From: Nageia nagi
Lineage: Eukaryota > Plantae > Pinophyta
Direction: 5' to 3'
Length of the DNA: 64,000 nt
Assembly (NCBI GenBank): GCA_050084985.1
Contig: JBITNC010000002.1
Location: forward strand, 25,482,001-25,546,000
Positions 42,101 to 57,100 of this stretch are shown here, piece after piece. Position 1 is the first letter of the stretch. Every line of letters begins with the position of its first letter. The notes beneath the pieces are model-generated. The model had not been told where the DNA came from, searched no databases, and saw nothing but the letters and a program-made list of their open reading frames with translations. A program made the position numbers and the translations under genes.

Positions 42101-45100
42101 TAATGATGTGTATTACATTCCAAAACTGAAGCATAATTTATTAAGTGTGGGACAAATAATGGAAAAGAACTACAAACTTGTGTTTGAAGATAGGAAGTGT
42201 ATGTTTTTTGATAAGAATAATGGGCACAAACATGTCACCACTATTCCCATGACAAGGACTAGATTATTTCCTCTCAAGTTTGGTGAGCAAAGTTCTAATT
42301 TTGCCAATTTTGCTATTGATGATAAAAGTTGGCTTTGGCATTTGGGATATGGACATCTAAACTTTTCAAGTTTAAAACAATTGGTTTCAAATGAGATGGT
42401 ATATGGGCTGCCTAAGGCAAAAGGTCAAGCATGGAGAGCCACCTATACCCCCAATTGGTGCATAGTGGTATATGTGTTGGATCTACTTTCTTAAAACTAA
42501 GAATGAAGCTTTTACATACTTGTAAGGAATTTAAGAACAATGTGGAGAAACAAAGTGGCTATTATTTGAAGTGTTTAAGAACAGATAGAGGGGGGTAGTT
42601 TTGTAGTAATGAATTTTTGCAATATTGTAAAGATTGTAGAGTGAGAAGGCAACTCATTGCTGAACGAAAGAATAGAACTTTGGCTAATATGGCAAGAAGC
42701 ATGCTCCAAACTAAAAGGCTAGGTAATATTTATTGGGCTGAAACAATTAGGATTGCTGTTTACATTTTAAATAGGAGTCCAACTTCTAGTTTGGATGGCA
42801 TAACACCTTTTGAGGCATGGTATGATAAAAGGTCAAATGTAAACCATTTTAGAGTGTTTGGTTGCTTGGGTTATGTGCACGTTCCAAAGGAGCATAGACA
42901 AAAATTAGATCCAAAGAATGAGCCTTGTATATTTATTGGTTATTGTGAAGTAAGCAAAGCATATAGACTGTTATTGTTGAAGATGGATCCTTTGATGAAA
43001 GCTCTTCTAATGTGTAGTCTACAGTTCAGCCCAACCAATAAAATGTGCAATCCAAAGCACAAACAGTTCACAAAAGCCCATACAAGTGCAGCCCCAAGAT
43101 GTTCCAAGTGATGGTGATGCTTCTCCAAGCAAGAATGTTAAGGTAAAAGGTAAAAGAACACTTGCAAATTATCTTCCTTCACAAATGTTAGTTCAGAATT
43201 TTTCAAGAAGAGTAACTAGAGGACAAGCAAAATAAGTAGATCAAGTAGTTAAGAGGCTTTAAAATCTACATTTGTATTGTGATGAGATGGATGGTGAAAC
43301 CAAGGGTGAATTGGATAATTTTGCTTTGGTGGCTAGTGTTGATTTAGAGCCTTCTTGTTACAAAAATGCATGTACTAATAATGTTTGGTTGAAGGCTATG
43401 AAAGAGGAAATGCACTCCATTGAGAAGAATGATACATGGGAGCTAGTTGAGTTTCCAAAAGAGAAGAAGGCTGTAGGCTTTAAATGGGTCTGTAAAACCA
43501 AGTTTTAATGCTGATGGCACCATTGAGAGGCACAAGGCTAGACTTGTGGCCAAAGGCTTCACGCAAAGATATGGGATAGACTCTGAGGAGATCTTTGCTC
43601 CTGTGGCTAGACAAGAAACAATCAGAATGGTTCTCTCCATTGCAACTCACAAAGGTTGGAAGGTGTATCACTTGGATGTCAAGAGTGCATTCTTGAATGA
43701 GTATCTTGATGAAGAAGTATTTGTGGCACAACCCCAAGGTTTTGAAATGAAAGATGAAGAGCATCATGTTTACAAGTTGAAGAAGGCCTTATATGGCCTC
43801 AAGCAAGCCCCAAGGGCATGGTACTCAAGAATAGATGGGTATTTCCAACAATATGGGTTCACAAGGAGTAAAAGTGAACCAACTCTCTACTATAACCATG
43901 ATGGTACTGATATTTTACTTGTTTGCCTTTATGTTGATGACCTTATTTACATGGGTAACTATTCTAAAATGAATGAGGATTTCAAGAAATCCATGATGCA
44001 AGAATTTGAAATGAAAGATCTGTCTTATGTAGTACTTTCTTGGTTTAGAAGTATATCAAGAGTCAACTTTTTATTTTTCAAACCAAGTATGCTAATGATT
44101 TGTTGCATAAGTTTGGTATGGAGAATTGTACAGTTGTTGCCACACCTATAGCTCATGGAGAACACTTAACCAAAGAAGATGGAGCTGCTGAAGCTAATGT
44201 GCACACTTATAGAAGCATGGTTGGGAGCTTGATGTTCCTAACAAACTCAAGGCGTGATACCTTTTATGCGGTTTCACTTGTGTCTAGGTACATGAGTGCT
44301 TTTCCCAAAACCACTTAAGGCAACCAAGGGAGTTCTAAGATATGTCAAAGGCACCCAAAATTTTGGCATTCATTACCTCAAAAACAAAGATGTCAAACTT
44401 GTTGGATACAGTGATAGTGATTGGGTTAACAATATTGATGATATAAAGTCTACTTCCAACAATTGTTTAAGTCTTGGTACAAGTCTTGTTACATGGTTAT
44501 TCAGGAAACAAACAACAGTTGCTTTATCCTCCATTGAAGTTGAATGCATTGCCATCACAAGTCTTGTGGATGAGCAAAGTACTTAAGGAGATAGGAGAAA
44601 AACAAACTAATCCAACCACCTTATTTTGTGATAACCTTAGTGCAATACAGTTTGCAATGAATCCTGTGCATCATTCTAGATCCAAGCATTTTGATATGAA
44701 GTACCAATTCATGAGGGATATGGTAGAGAAGAAAGTTGTAGAATTGCACTATTGCAAAAGTGAGGACAATCTTGCTGATTTTTTCACCAAAGGAGTTGCT
44801 AAGACCCAATTCGTGAAGCTGAGAGACTTCCTGGTCAACCCTCTCACCTTCAAGGGGGAGTGTGTTGGAGTCACAGTCGGGCATATTGAAGATTCAAGTT
44901 CTACAGTTCAAAACACGACACCCCTGTGTGTTTTGTCAAAGTGAAACGCCTGTGTTTCATACCCTGCATGTTTCCTGGAAATACTTTCACATTTCTTGGA
45001 AATGCCTATGCGTTTCTTACTATCTTGCACATTTTGTCAACAATTTTTGGCAGGTACGACGTTTATGATGTTTGGACTAGTTTTTCTTGCTTCCACTTTG

Positions 45101-48100
45101 TTTGAGCATCTGTTACTTTGTAAGCGTGATCGGAGGTAGTCCTAGAACATGATTGTAACTCCCATTTAGCATTTTTAGTAGGATTTGATTGGATTTTATG
45201 TAACAATCCATAGTGCATTTAGTTTCCTTCATGTAACCTCCATGAGAGCTCATTTTCAGTTACTTATTGGAGCTCTTTATATTGTACTACGACTTTCATA
45301 ATGATATATCTTGTTGTGTGCTCAAAAATTGTTTCACTGAACATGTAACAATGATATTAATGACCGGTCCATGTCTAACATCGATCCATCCATACTTGAC
45401 AGTTGAGCAACCGACCCTCACCCATAAGTCCTTCAACTCTTCCATAATCAAATTTACCTTAGAACAATGTTTGTCAAGCAATGTGGTTCTTAACTTGTGC
45501 TCCTTTGGGGGTGCATAAGAAGCGCCAACAATGTAAGCCTCTTAATGCTTTTTTTATAAAATAGAGAGTGGGTAACATTGAAAGGGATGAAATTTGAAAA
45601 AAGAATTGGGCAATAGCATCATTTGCTTCATCACGTAGATGCTGATTTTACATACCTGTTACTGTACTAACCTTTGTTTCAGCTCTGGAAGACCTTCAGC
45701 TTAGTTCTACATGACCCTCCTAACACTAGACTTACTTATATTAGACTTAGTACTCTAAGGAGGATGATGAGAAGGGGTTGTTGAGACAATAACATTCGAG
45801 GGTTTAGTATTTGTTTTTCCTTTTGATTTACTCTCTTGGCACAACCTTATCTTTTCAACCCTTTCTTCTAATGTAATTTTTTACACAATTGAATTCCATT
45901 CACTGCTATGCACAAAAGGAGAGAACAAACCCTAGTGTAGCTGCTTTAAATTTCGAATGACAAACATTGCACCCATGTGAGCATATTCCCTCCGCTTTCT
46001 TTGATCTTGTATTTGTTTCTTTATCCTCGCTTGTTCAAATTGTAGCAAGTGTTTGGCATCTTGAAATGGCCTCTTTGCAAACTGTTTTAATAATTTTGAT
46101 GGCATTAAAAAAGAGATGGTGAACTTTCCCTTTGGTTTTCAGTGTCATTTTTTTGAATTGAAGAAGATCCACCCACCCCAATTCCACCACCCATTTCATT
46201 CATTACTAAATTGAGTAAACTCCTCATGGCTGTTAGTGTTTATTTTGCTAGGTTTTTGAGTTTGTTCAAGCAAATCATAAAAAGGAATAAATCAGACATG
46301 TCCAAGATTAGAGAATGGACAACAAAGGGGAAAAAATTTAAATATAGATACTACTTCAAACTTGTGTGCTCTAAATGCTTTGTTTCCCTTCTAGTATCTC
46401 AAACCTAAATGTGTAAAAACGACTACATTTTTTCCTCCAAGCTCAAAGGTTCAACTCCAAACTCCAAGTGCTAAAGGTGAAGAAACTGAAATTAGTTTCA
46501 CTTTTATGTTTTTCTTTTGAGGTAGTATTTGGATTGGAGGGGGGTGGCAACAATCGCTTACACCTTTTTTTCTTTTCTTTTTAAGTTGAATTTTTTTCTT
46601 AGTTGTTGACTACCTAGTTGTGGGGGATTTGTGGCCATCCTTGAGATGTTTAGGAGACACTTGAGGTTCTCTTGGGCAACTTGGGAGCGACCAGGCATCA
46701 TAGGATGACATGGGATGGGAAAACATCACCTCCACTGTACTAGGGATGTCTAGGATTGCCCCTTGGAGGTCCCCAAAAAGAAGACATCTTGGGATTGGCT
46801 TCTTTGGGATGATCGAACGACCCTTTGATTTTGGGTGGATGGCTTGAGAACATTTCGTAACCACTTGAAATGTCAGGTTTGACGATTAGGGATATTAAGA
46901 GGTGGGTATGCATCCCCTTGGAACATTGGTTATGTATTTAAAAAAGTCAAAGCCAAAATTCCATGTTGTTTTCAAGTTTTGTAAGAGAAATGTATTTAAC
47001 AAGATCAAAACATGTACCATGTTAGAGAAATGAGTCCATCTTGCTTTTTGAATAAAAGAGGATTTCCAATAATTGTTAATGAATGAAGAAAGAAGAGGCT
47101 CAGTTGCACCAAGGTTGCTTTCATATTATTTTCCATTCAAAGCTAGTGTTATGACCAGGAAAATTTCAGCAAGAAGCGTTCCACACGAAAAGCTACATTT
47201 TGTAACCTATGTGCAAGGTTTATGATTGAGTTGAATTGGAAGGCTTTGTCTACTGGGAAGTGGAGAAAATAAGTATTCATGCTAGGTTCTAGATTACTAA
47301 ATGTGCTTATTTTATTATGAGAGTTAAAGGAGTTTAGCTTTCTTTCTAGAGTTCTTATTTGAGAGGGAGTGTTGTAGAGTAAAAGTCAATTTTGATTATT
47401 TTAAAACAATGTTTTAAAGTTCACTATTAATTGTGATTTATCGCCAAACAATCATAGGAGACCCCCAAACTAACTAAGCGCCGAAAAAATTAGAATAATC
47501 GAATATTCCATCAAGATGCGATTTTGACTGGATTCAATGCGTTTAAGTGTCCTAGCGATTAATTGTTGAATTGCGTATCCCGTGGAGTTTATTCACGTAA
47601 TTGTTGCAGACAGGGTGTTGGATTGTGAGATTTAGATTTGGCTCCTTTGATTAATTTGGAAGCAAAGGAGAGGAGTTCGATTCTCGTGGATAAACATTGC
47701 TTCATTGAGATAAACTTCTTTACAGAGTGCAGCGATGGTGGTGGGAGTGGGCAGTGTAGAGGTGGTGGGTATTCTTCTTGTGGGAATAGATGCCTGTGTA
47801 TATGCTTTCCCTCGTGCAAAGCTTTCTACAACACTAAAAGATAAACATGGGCAAAGGAGTCTACCATGCGTGAACATTATGCAATGCATGCACAGCCTGA
47901 GACGACCTTCTTTATAGATGGTGGTCGGTATTCTTCTTGCAGGAATGGAGTGTGAGAGATGCCCAACAAACAATTTGAATGCAACGTGAACCTAGGCTAT
48001 TTAATTTATGATAAAATACAATAAATATAAGTTTCCTATAATTTAATTTCACTTTGATTTATTTAATTTTATTAATTGAATTGAATTGAATTTATTTATA

Positions 48101-51100
48101 TTAACTATATTAATTTTAAAAATAATTTAATTTACTTCAAGTATTTAAGTGTTTTATGCCAAAGTATTTAATTGGGGTCTAGAACACATTTAATTCATAA
48201 TCACTCAAACAATTTAAAATTTTAACTTTAAATTGTTTAAAAATTTAAATGTTTTAAATGATTGTAGTCATTATGCAGTATTTGATATGAAGTACAAAAA
48301 ACATGTTGTCCTCATTTGTAATGCAATATTATGTATTTTTGGTAATGCAAAATTGCAAATAGTATTTAGTTTTCAAATAAAATGCAAAAACCATTTGAAA
48401 TATATATTTCTATTTCTTTATTTTCCTGTTTTTTTGCCGAATCGTCGATTGATATCCGCAGCAAGGAAAATGATTAATGATGAGTGGCAAACTTTAAAAC
48501 ATTGTTTTAAAATATAAAGTGAGTATGTAATAGTTATGATAGCATATCATATTAGTATATAGGATATGGAAAAAGAATTGTGATGCTGATAGAGTTGTAT
48601 GGGAGCCTATCTCAGGCTAGTGATTTATATGAGATGATATATCATTAATTAAAAATTTAGATATTCTTATGTAAGTATCCAATGGATATCTTGGATACCA
48701 TGTGATAGTCCTTCTATGACCATCATACTTGATATGAAAGCTTGTCCTTTGGAAAAGCAAAACATTTGATAATAGTTGAGTTCAAACTAACAAAACTGTT
48801 CAAACTAATAAAAACATTTTAGAGTCATTTACGACAAGGTGTTGGAATACCTAATCTTACAGAATTATGGTTTTTGTATTATTTTCGTTTTAAGAATCAT
48901 ATTTATGATATTAGTTGAGATATTATATTAAATAAATGTATTTTTGGATAAAAATATTGTTGATATTTTAAGAGCCATGGAAGATGAAGATAGAGAGTAA
49001 TTAAAGAGTCCAAAAGTCACCTTAGAAGGTGAAATGAGAAGTCATATCTCCATGCATTTGTATGTGATCAATTTGATGTAATATCAAGCTTTGGAGTCAC
49101 TACATTTCGAATTTGCGATCTAGTACTAGGCCTCACACAAGGGACTTGAAGAACATATAATAAAGTTTGTTTGGAAATTTAATGTTTCATTATGTGATGT
49201 TCATGAAAAAATTTAATCATGTAATTGAAGTGCTTAATCAAGTATGTCTTGATTTCCTATGTAAGGTTTTCTTGATTGATGAATATCAAAATTGCCTCTC
49301 ACTATATCGATCAAGATTAAAATGTATGGACTATAGTAACAAAGTGAAGGTGGTGTAGCCAAAAATATTGAAGAACATAAAGGAGATGTAATTTTCTTGT
49401 AAGGAGTTTACCACAAATTCAGAGGGAATTATTGAAAGTCTTATGAAGTACACATAATTGCATACGTTATTAATATTTTTATAATAACAAGAGGTATTTT
49501 GATTTCTTCAAATTTGGGAACTTGTAAGTGCTCATAGACATGAATAGGAGTACCACTTTCAAGTTTTAGTAAGCACGCAAGTATCTTTGTTTCAATGTTT
49601 GCATGTTTTTTTGTAATATTTTCAGAGTATTATATTCAATAATAAATTTATCGATCTGAACTTCCTGTTTTCCCTTCAATATGCACTTTTGCATTGGGGT
49701 TTATGTTTAAGCTGGTTTACTCTTCATTGCTTGCCAACTAGTATTCCTACAATGCAAGGCAAACATGCTTACTTTTTATTTATGAAAGAAGCTTGTCTGT
49801 GGTTATCTGTTGCTTTCAGATTTTGAGATTTGTTCTTTTTCTGTTTAATTGCAGTATACAAAGGATTTAGTGCGCATTTTGAAGAATATGATCACAAGCG
49901 GATATGCACCGGAATACGATATTGGCGGAATAACAGATCCATTTTTGCAAATAAGGGTTCTTAGGCTTCTTCGCCTTTTGGGAAAGGGTGATGCAGATTC
50001 AAGTGACATTATGAGTGACATTCTGGCTCAAGTAAACTTATTTATGAACCTTCTTTCATTTACAAGCCCCATTACTCTCTTAATCTTTATAAAGGATTTT
50101 TCTGTCTGAATGTATTGAACATTTGGCACTAATATAAGAAAAGGAAATTGAACAAAGGTTGATGATCTTCAATGTTGTCATGTCACTCCCATTGTTTTTA
50201 TTTTTAAACCATGTTTTCCCTTGAATTGTTGTGCTTTTCAGTGGAAATATGGGTTAATTGTTTTCTTACTGTCAAGTCAACGTGGTATCAAAGCAATAGT
50301 TATCAATGCTCTCCTTATTTTTTCCCCCAGAAAAAAAGTAATAATTTATATTAAGTAAATATGAAATTACATTCTGCAGATGATCAAATGGCATGTCGCA
50401 TGCCCTTAATTGGTAAACGAAACAATGCTCTTGTTATTAAACAATATCTGATAACAATTTGGTATCATTGTTAAAAAATTAAAATAGTATATGAAAGAGT
50501 ATACTAAATGGACTATGCCATTTGGTAGATAAGGGACAGATATCTGTATTTTTATTTCTGAATGATGGGCTGTTTTGTGAATATTCAAGATGTCTCTCAG
50601 TATACATTTTAATATATCAATAATAAAACTAGCCATTATCCAATTACTAATGTGTTTATGTCTCTTCTAGGTGGCCACCAACACTGAATCCAACAAGAAT
50701 GCTGGGAATGCGATACTTTATGAATGTGTACAGACTATCATGGCAATAGAAGCCATAGGTGGTCTCCGTGTGCTTGCTATCAACATTCTTGGTCGCTTTT
50801 TGTCAAATCGTGACAACAATATCAGGTAAAGATGCTTTAAGATTTGCATTTTAGGTTGATTATGTTAAATTGAGTACTCTAGGAATAAAATGGCATTGAA
50901 TTGGTAATAAATGTTTTAAATAAGAAGCCTTAAGAGTTTTAATACTAGAATGAATATTATGGTGACAAGTTTAACTCCTTGTTTTTAATTTGCATGGTTG
51001 AGAAAGAGAAAAGGAACTAAAAGGTTAATCAAGTGTGGAGAATACTTTTGGTGCTGCTACGGTCTAACACATTTTATATTTGGTGTTACAAAGAAGAAAC

Positions 51101-54100
51101 CATGAGACATGTTTTCTGTCTTATTTGCAGCTAAGGCTACGCTGCAGGAAACTCCTAGAGTGGAAGCTTCTTGGAAATTCCCACAAACTTTTCATCTTGA
51201 GTTCCTATGTTTCTTGACATTTCCATAGCTATTTCCAATATTTCTGGGCAGTGTGTAAGCATTTCCTGGCGTTTGGAATATAAATCAGTCTAAACTTTGG
51301 GTTTCTGATGGGTTATATGGGTCGTTGGCATAGGAACTTAGATGGTTATTGGATGACTAAAATTAATGAAAGTTAGTTTACATAAGAGAACACTGTAAGA
51401 TGAGGATAAATGCTACAGAAAAAATATGATAAATTGGGATCAAAGAATTTAAATAATCTTGTGTCCATGGATTCTGGTCTGTGTTTTCTGTTCTAGAAGA
51501 AAGAAGAGTACACAAGGCGGGAGTCAAATTATTCCCGTGTATCTTAATCTGGACATTTCCTTTATGCATGTATCTTGTAGATGATAAACAACAATCTTAT
51601 GTATCTTAGTTGTACCTATTAACGATGGGTCTGCTAGTTGTATTTTCACTTTTGTGATTTCAAAGACTGGGTCCAAGTGTTTGATATATCTCATGTACTT
51701 CTTTTTGATATTACATGCATATTATTATCTTAAAAAGCTAGTTTTAACTATTTTATTTGATTTTTTTTGTATATTGTTTCCTTATTTTTTGAGTAGTTTG
51801 GAGGATCACGTTTCTATAAGTGTTTTTATTTTGGAAGCTCCATAAAATATTTTCAATCACTTTGTCTCTTTAACCTCTTAGAAAGAAGCTATTTTTGGTA
51901 GTAGATAAAAATTAGGGATACGTGGTGATGCATTCTTCCTCCCTTGGAGGGGTCTCTTTTGTCCCTCAGCATTCCTGGATTAGGGGGCACCATTGGAGAT
52001 GTTTCCTTGCCGTCTCCCTTTTTGGGAGGATTGGCCGGGATGTCCTCGGGACGTTTCCTATTCTTGGGGAACTGTACCCCGAAGTGTATCCTAAAAAGAG
52101 GATGTTTAGGGGACAGCTGACCGGCCCCAGGGGTGGGAAGGGAATGCCTTGACATCCCCTTCTCGTCCCTGCAGTTGGGGGTGCTTGCCTAAAAAAAAAT
52201 CGTAGAAAAAGCATGCCCATCCTTCTTTCAAGTTAATTTGTGTCTGCCGTCAATCAAGAACTTTATAGTCTAAAAGTAAACAAAAATAAAGACATTCTGA
52301 GGTTGCAAAAAGTGTTTTTAGCTTTAGATGTTTTCCATTTGTTTTGTTTGGAGACTTGAGAGAGGGGTCTGCTATTTGACTACACAGTGGAGTTTGGAGA
52401 CTTTGTAACTGTTTAGCTGTGAAATTTTCATTGTTTTGCTTTGCTGCACAGTGGACATACCTGAAGGCTTAGACTGTTTAGTGTTTTCATTGTTCAAGTT
52501 TTGCTATTTGGTAATTTGGCAGGGGAGACTCTGCTGTTTGGCTACACAGTTTGGCAGGAGAGATTTTGTTGTTTTAATATGTGGCTGAATAGGCTCTAAG
52601 ACTGTTAGTGTTGAACAGATTTTGCCGAGTCGAAACTAATTCTTGGGATTTTCAATATATCTATGTTGTTTCCCCAGTTTTCCCCCAGATGTTTATAAAA
52701 AATGGGTCCCCATCCCCTCATCCTCGAAACGTGTCCTCCTCTTTCCTGTCATATTTGTCACCGAGATGCTATGTAAGAAAATAGCAGTGTGTGGATAACA
52801 TTTGCTACGCTACTGGGTGGCACTAAAATAAGACATCATGAGCTAATTGTGTGGCCTTATTGTTATATTTTTGATTTTTGTGTGTATAGCTGCGTTTCTT
52901 ATTTTATTACTGTTTAGTTGTGAAAGTGTGTTCTCTAAAGTAACATTGCAATATTATATCATTACGAGCTATTCATGGGTGTTAAATATCCCACTTCATA
53001 ATTTAAGATTTTTAAATTTCTTCTGTTTACTTAGTATTTCATAGTCTCTATTTCAACAATTCTTAGAGTTAGATTTCTGCATATGGGAAAGTGTGGAATA
53101 AATGGTCCCATCTATATTTGTGCTATCATGACAATTATAATCTTTATTTTTGTGTTGCTTAATTTGCATATTAAGTTTTAAAAAGATTTATGCACATGAT
53201 CAGTTGTTATTGCAGAGTTCGTTATGAGTGCATTACTAACAAAAGGACAAGTTGGAAAGCAATAGTCCTTAAGCCTTAGTTAATAATCTTTAGAATTAAT
53301 GAATTATATATTTATTGTATGTGCAATTATTCTTCAAGAACATCCTTTGTTTAGCTCACTGTTTTGTCAATTGAGATATATATCTTCAACCCTACTCATG
53401 TTTTTATAATGAATATATCTTTAACCCTAATTCTTTTCTGAAAAATAAAAATTTCTATTTTGTATCCAATAATGTTGAATATATGGTCCTATCCCCAATA
53501 CTCAAGTACTATGTAGTATATTCAAAATAATTGTATTTTTTAGAAAAGATGTCTACTTTCATGTGTGTGAATGACAGCATGTAAAATTATTTAGCTTAAA
53601 CTCTTTTTTTTGTTAATTGACAGGGAATCCATAGGGGTCCCCTCTCATGAAGCAAAACATTCATAGTGCAAAAACCAAAAAAGGGCTGTAAAGCCACAAA
53701 GTCAAACACATCATCTAGGCCTAAGAGCAAACAAACAAGAAACATAACAGCAGTGACGATTGCTAAAAAAGACAACATACAATCAAAATAACCCCTAAAG
53801 GTCAGCACCCATTGCATCCCTATGGTGCTAGTTCACCATGTGAGGTGGCAGGTGGCTTATGTCAGCCTTGGACTTGCCTGCATGCAGTCCAAGCTCTTTA
53901 TGTTGCATGCCCACCAATGTCCCTGTTTCCCTTATCCTTTTTCTGCTGGCACCATCTATCATTGAGATGTGTTTTTTATTGCCTTCAATGATATGTAATT
54001 GGTAGACAATGGTTTGAACTCCTCTTTGAATGGAAGGAGTCAGCAATTTTGGACCCTTTAATGCTTGAAGCACCTCGTAGTTACTTGTGAGTCTGTGACT

Positions 54101-57100
54101 CACATCTAATAATTATCTTGTCTTAGTTTTCCTCCATGGCAATTGGTTTTAACACTTTACCAGGGCTATTGCATCTGCATAGTTGGCTGTAAAATAAATA
54201 CTTTTGTTTGGTGGATCCATTGTACCAGACACCTTTGAAGTTTGAACTCTCTCACAAACTAGCTCTTCATAGGGAAACGTTATTCTAGGTTAGTGTTTTA
54301 GAATTTCTGTCGGCAGCTTGTCTCCACTACTTGGATTGTTTTGAATCTTGCCATTTGCAACTTCTGTTATTGTCAGTTCAAGGGAGGTTAAGAACTGAGG
54401 TATATGCCATGTTTTTCCTTTGAAAATCCCTATATTTCACTCTGTCCATATGGACCAAATGATCAGAATTGAGGATTGATTCCAGATTTCCTTTTTAATG
54501 TGGCTCCTGAAAGGTCCTAATGGGGGATCGTTTATTGCAGTTCAAATTTTTGAACAAACCAACTCCATACTCTCTAAGCTATTGGATAGTGGGGAAACCA
54601 CATGGTCCATGAGCAAAAACTGCTTCTTTAATTTCACCTTGTGAATTGCTGCAGTAATACACGTTTCTGATATTGTGTGATGACTGCTATTATAAACTGT
54701 ACGATTCAATTTGGAAGAGGTTGTCTAAGCATCCAGGGGCCTCTGTTTTGATCTGCACAGAATATATTTGGATCCATCTGTTCTGTTGGGGGAGTGTATG
54801 AAATTGAAGCTGTGTTTGGAGACTGAAGACTGATGGATGAACATGGTTTTTGTCCCCTTTCTTTAGCATCTGCTCACTAGATTTCTGTTTCCAGAAGATT
54901 TCCTCTTTGGCATTCAGGTCATTAAGGTTCGAGTCTTGACAACAAAGGCTTTTTTTTGTCAGACAAATCCGAGGATAACACCATCAGTTTAATCAATTGC
55001 TATGCCTCCTCCATTTCCTGCTCTTTGGATTCTATAGACAGGAAGATGCTTTGTTCTGCTCTTTTAAGTTGTGTGTGATTCTCTTCACTTATACGTTTTT
55101 AAACATGGCTGACCCTTTTGGCACTCAAGGGTTGTTCCACCATTTTTCCATTAGGCCTTCTAAGTTATCCTTGGAGCATCCTGTGGCCGTGAGTTGTACT
55201 GCCTTTAAAAAGCAAAAAACTAATCCTTCTCACTGTTAGAATATTAGATTATAATATTTACTTCATATTAGCTTTTTTATGTGTACTGTTCTATTCCCAT
55301 GTGCACGAATCCAAGGTCAAGCCTGTATTGGATGCACCAAACTAACTGAGACAGTTTAAGTGCTGATGAGGTCTGTTAGGTGGTCCTAATTAAGCTAGTA
55401 TAAGGATATAATACAGCCTCTATCTGCATGCATTATCATTAAAAGTGAGCAATTCACATCTTGTTCATTGCAGACCAATTTTACATAGTTTTATTGTTTT
55501 TTGGTAGTTGGTTTAAATCTCCTTTTCTCTGCTTTATTGATTCCATCAATTAAAGAAATGAATAGGTTGAATATGGTACATGGATTACTATAGATCTCAG
55601 GTGACAAATGGATATGTGATGCTTGCATCATGGACAAGCAGCATAGTGACAATTTTGAGAAGGATAAAGCGTGGAGAGCCAACAAAGTTAAGAGTTGGTG
55701 CACTCTGACCTATGTAGCCCAACGAAGACTACATCTCTTGGTGGTGCAAAGTACTTCATCACTTTCATTGATGATTTTTCGACGAGTACTTGGATTTATT
55801 TTCTCAAGTACAAATCTCAAACTTTTAATGCATTCAAAGTAGAAGCTGAGAATGAAAGCAACAAGAAGAACAAAGTTCTCAAAACTAATAATGGAGGTTA
55901 ATTTCCTTTAAAGCCTTTTCTACATTTTGCAAACATCATGGTATTAAGAGGCAACTTTTAGTGCCCTATATGCCTCAACAGAATGGAGTTGTGGAAAGGA
56001 TGAACCACACCTTGGAAGAGAAGGAAAGATCGATGGTGAAAGAAATGGAGCTTTCAAATAGATTTTGGGCAAAAGCACTGAGGACAGCCTGTTACTTGAC
56101 TAATAAAAGTGCCACAAAAGCTGTTCAAAACATGATGCCAGAAGAAGTTTGGATAGGTAAAAAGACCACTATTATTCATTTAAGAATTTTTGATTGTGCT
56201 ACCTATATGCATGTTCCAAAAGAAAAAATGCATAAATTAGACAATAAGAGTAGAAGATGTATAGTTGTTGGTTACAGTGATGAAAGTAAGCATATTGGGT
56301 TTATGAGATCAAAACCAAGAAGGTTCATGTACCTAGGAATGCAATTTTTGATGAAGGCATCAAAGGCTATTGTATTAAGGAGTTGGAAGTACTTCAACAT
56401 AGAGTAGTTGGAAAACAACCAAAATCTAGCACACCTGCTCTAAGTGATCCAGAAAGTACCTTAACAATTGATAGTGAAGCACAAAAAGTCACCCAAATGT
56501 TATCTTAAAACTGTAATTGAAGCATAGTTGCCAGATGTAGAGGGCGAAAGAAAGTCCAAGATGAGGACAAAATTTGCTAATTTTGCACTTATGTCAAAAT
56601 TGTTGAATTGCTATGAGCCCTCCACATATGTAGATGCCTGCCAAGATCAGAAATGAAGAGCTACAATGGATGTTGAGATGTACAATCAAGAAAAACAAGA
56701 TGTGGGATCTTGGTAAACTACTTCGTGGAAAGGAGACATTTGGCTGCAAATGGATTTATATGACAAAATTCCAATCAGATGGTATTATTGACAATCATAT
56801 GACAAGATTGGTAATCAAAAGTTTCAGTCACATTTATGGTATAAACTATGAGGAGACATTTGCACGAGTGATTCTCGCCTTAGCAACTCAATACAAGTTG
56901 CAACTGCATCAATGATGTAAATAATGGCTTCCTCAATGGAAATTTAATTGAAGAAGTGTATATGGTATTATGGACCAACCACTTGGTTATGTAGAAGGAG
57001 GCAAAGAGCAACTTGTATTTGATCTAAAGAAAGCACTTTATGACTTGAAACAAGCTTCTAGAGCATGGTATGCTAAGATTGATAAGTAATTACTCCAAAA

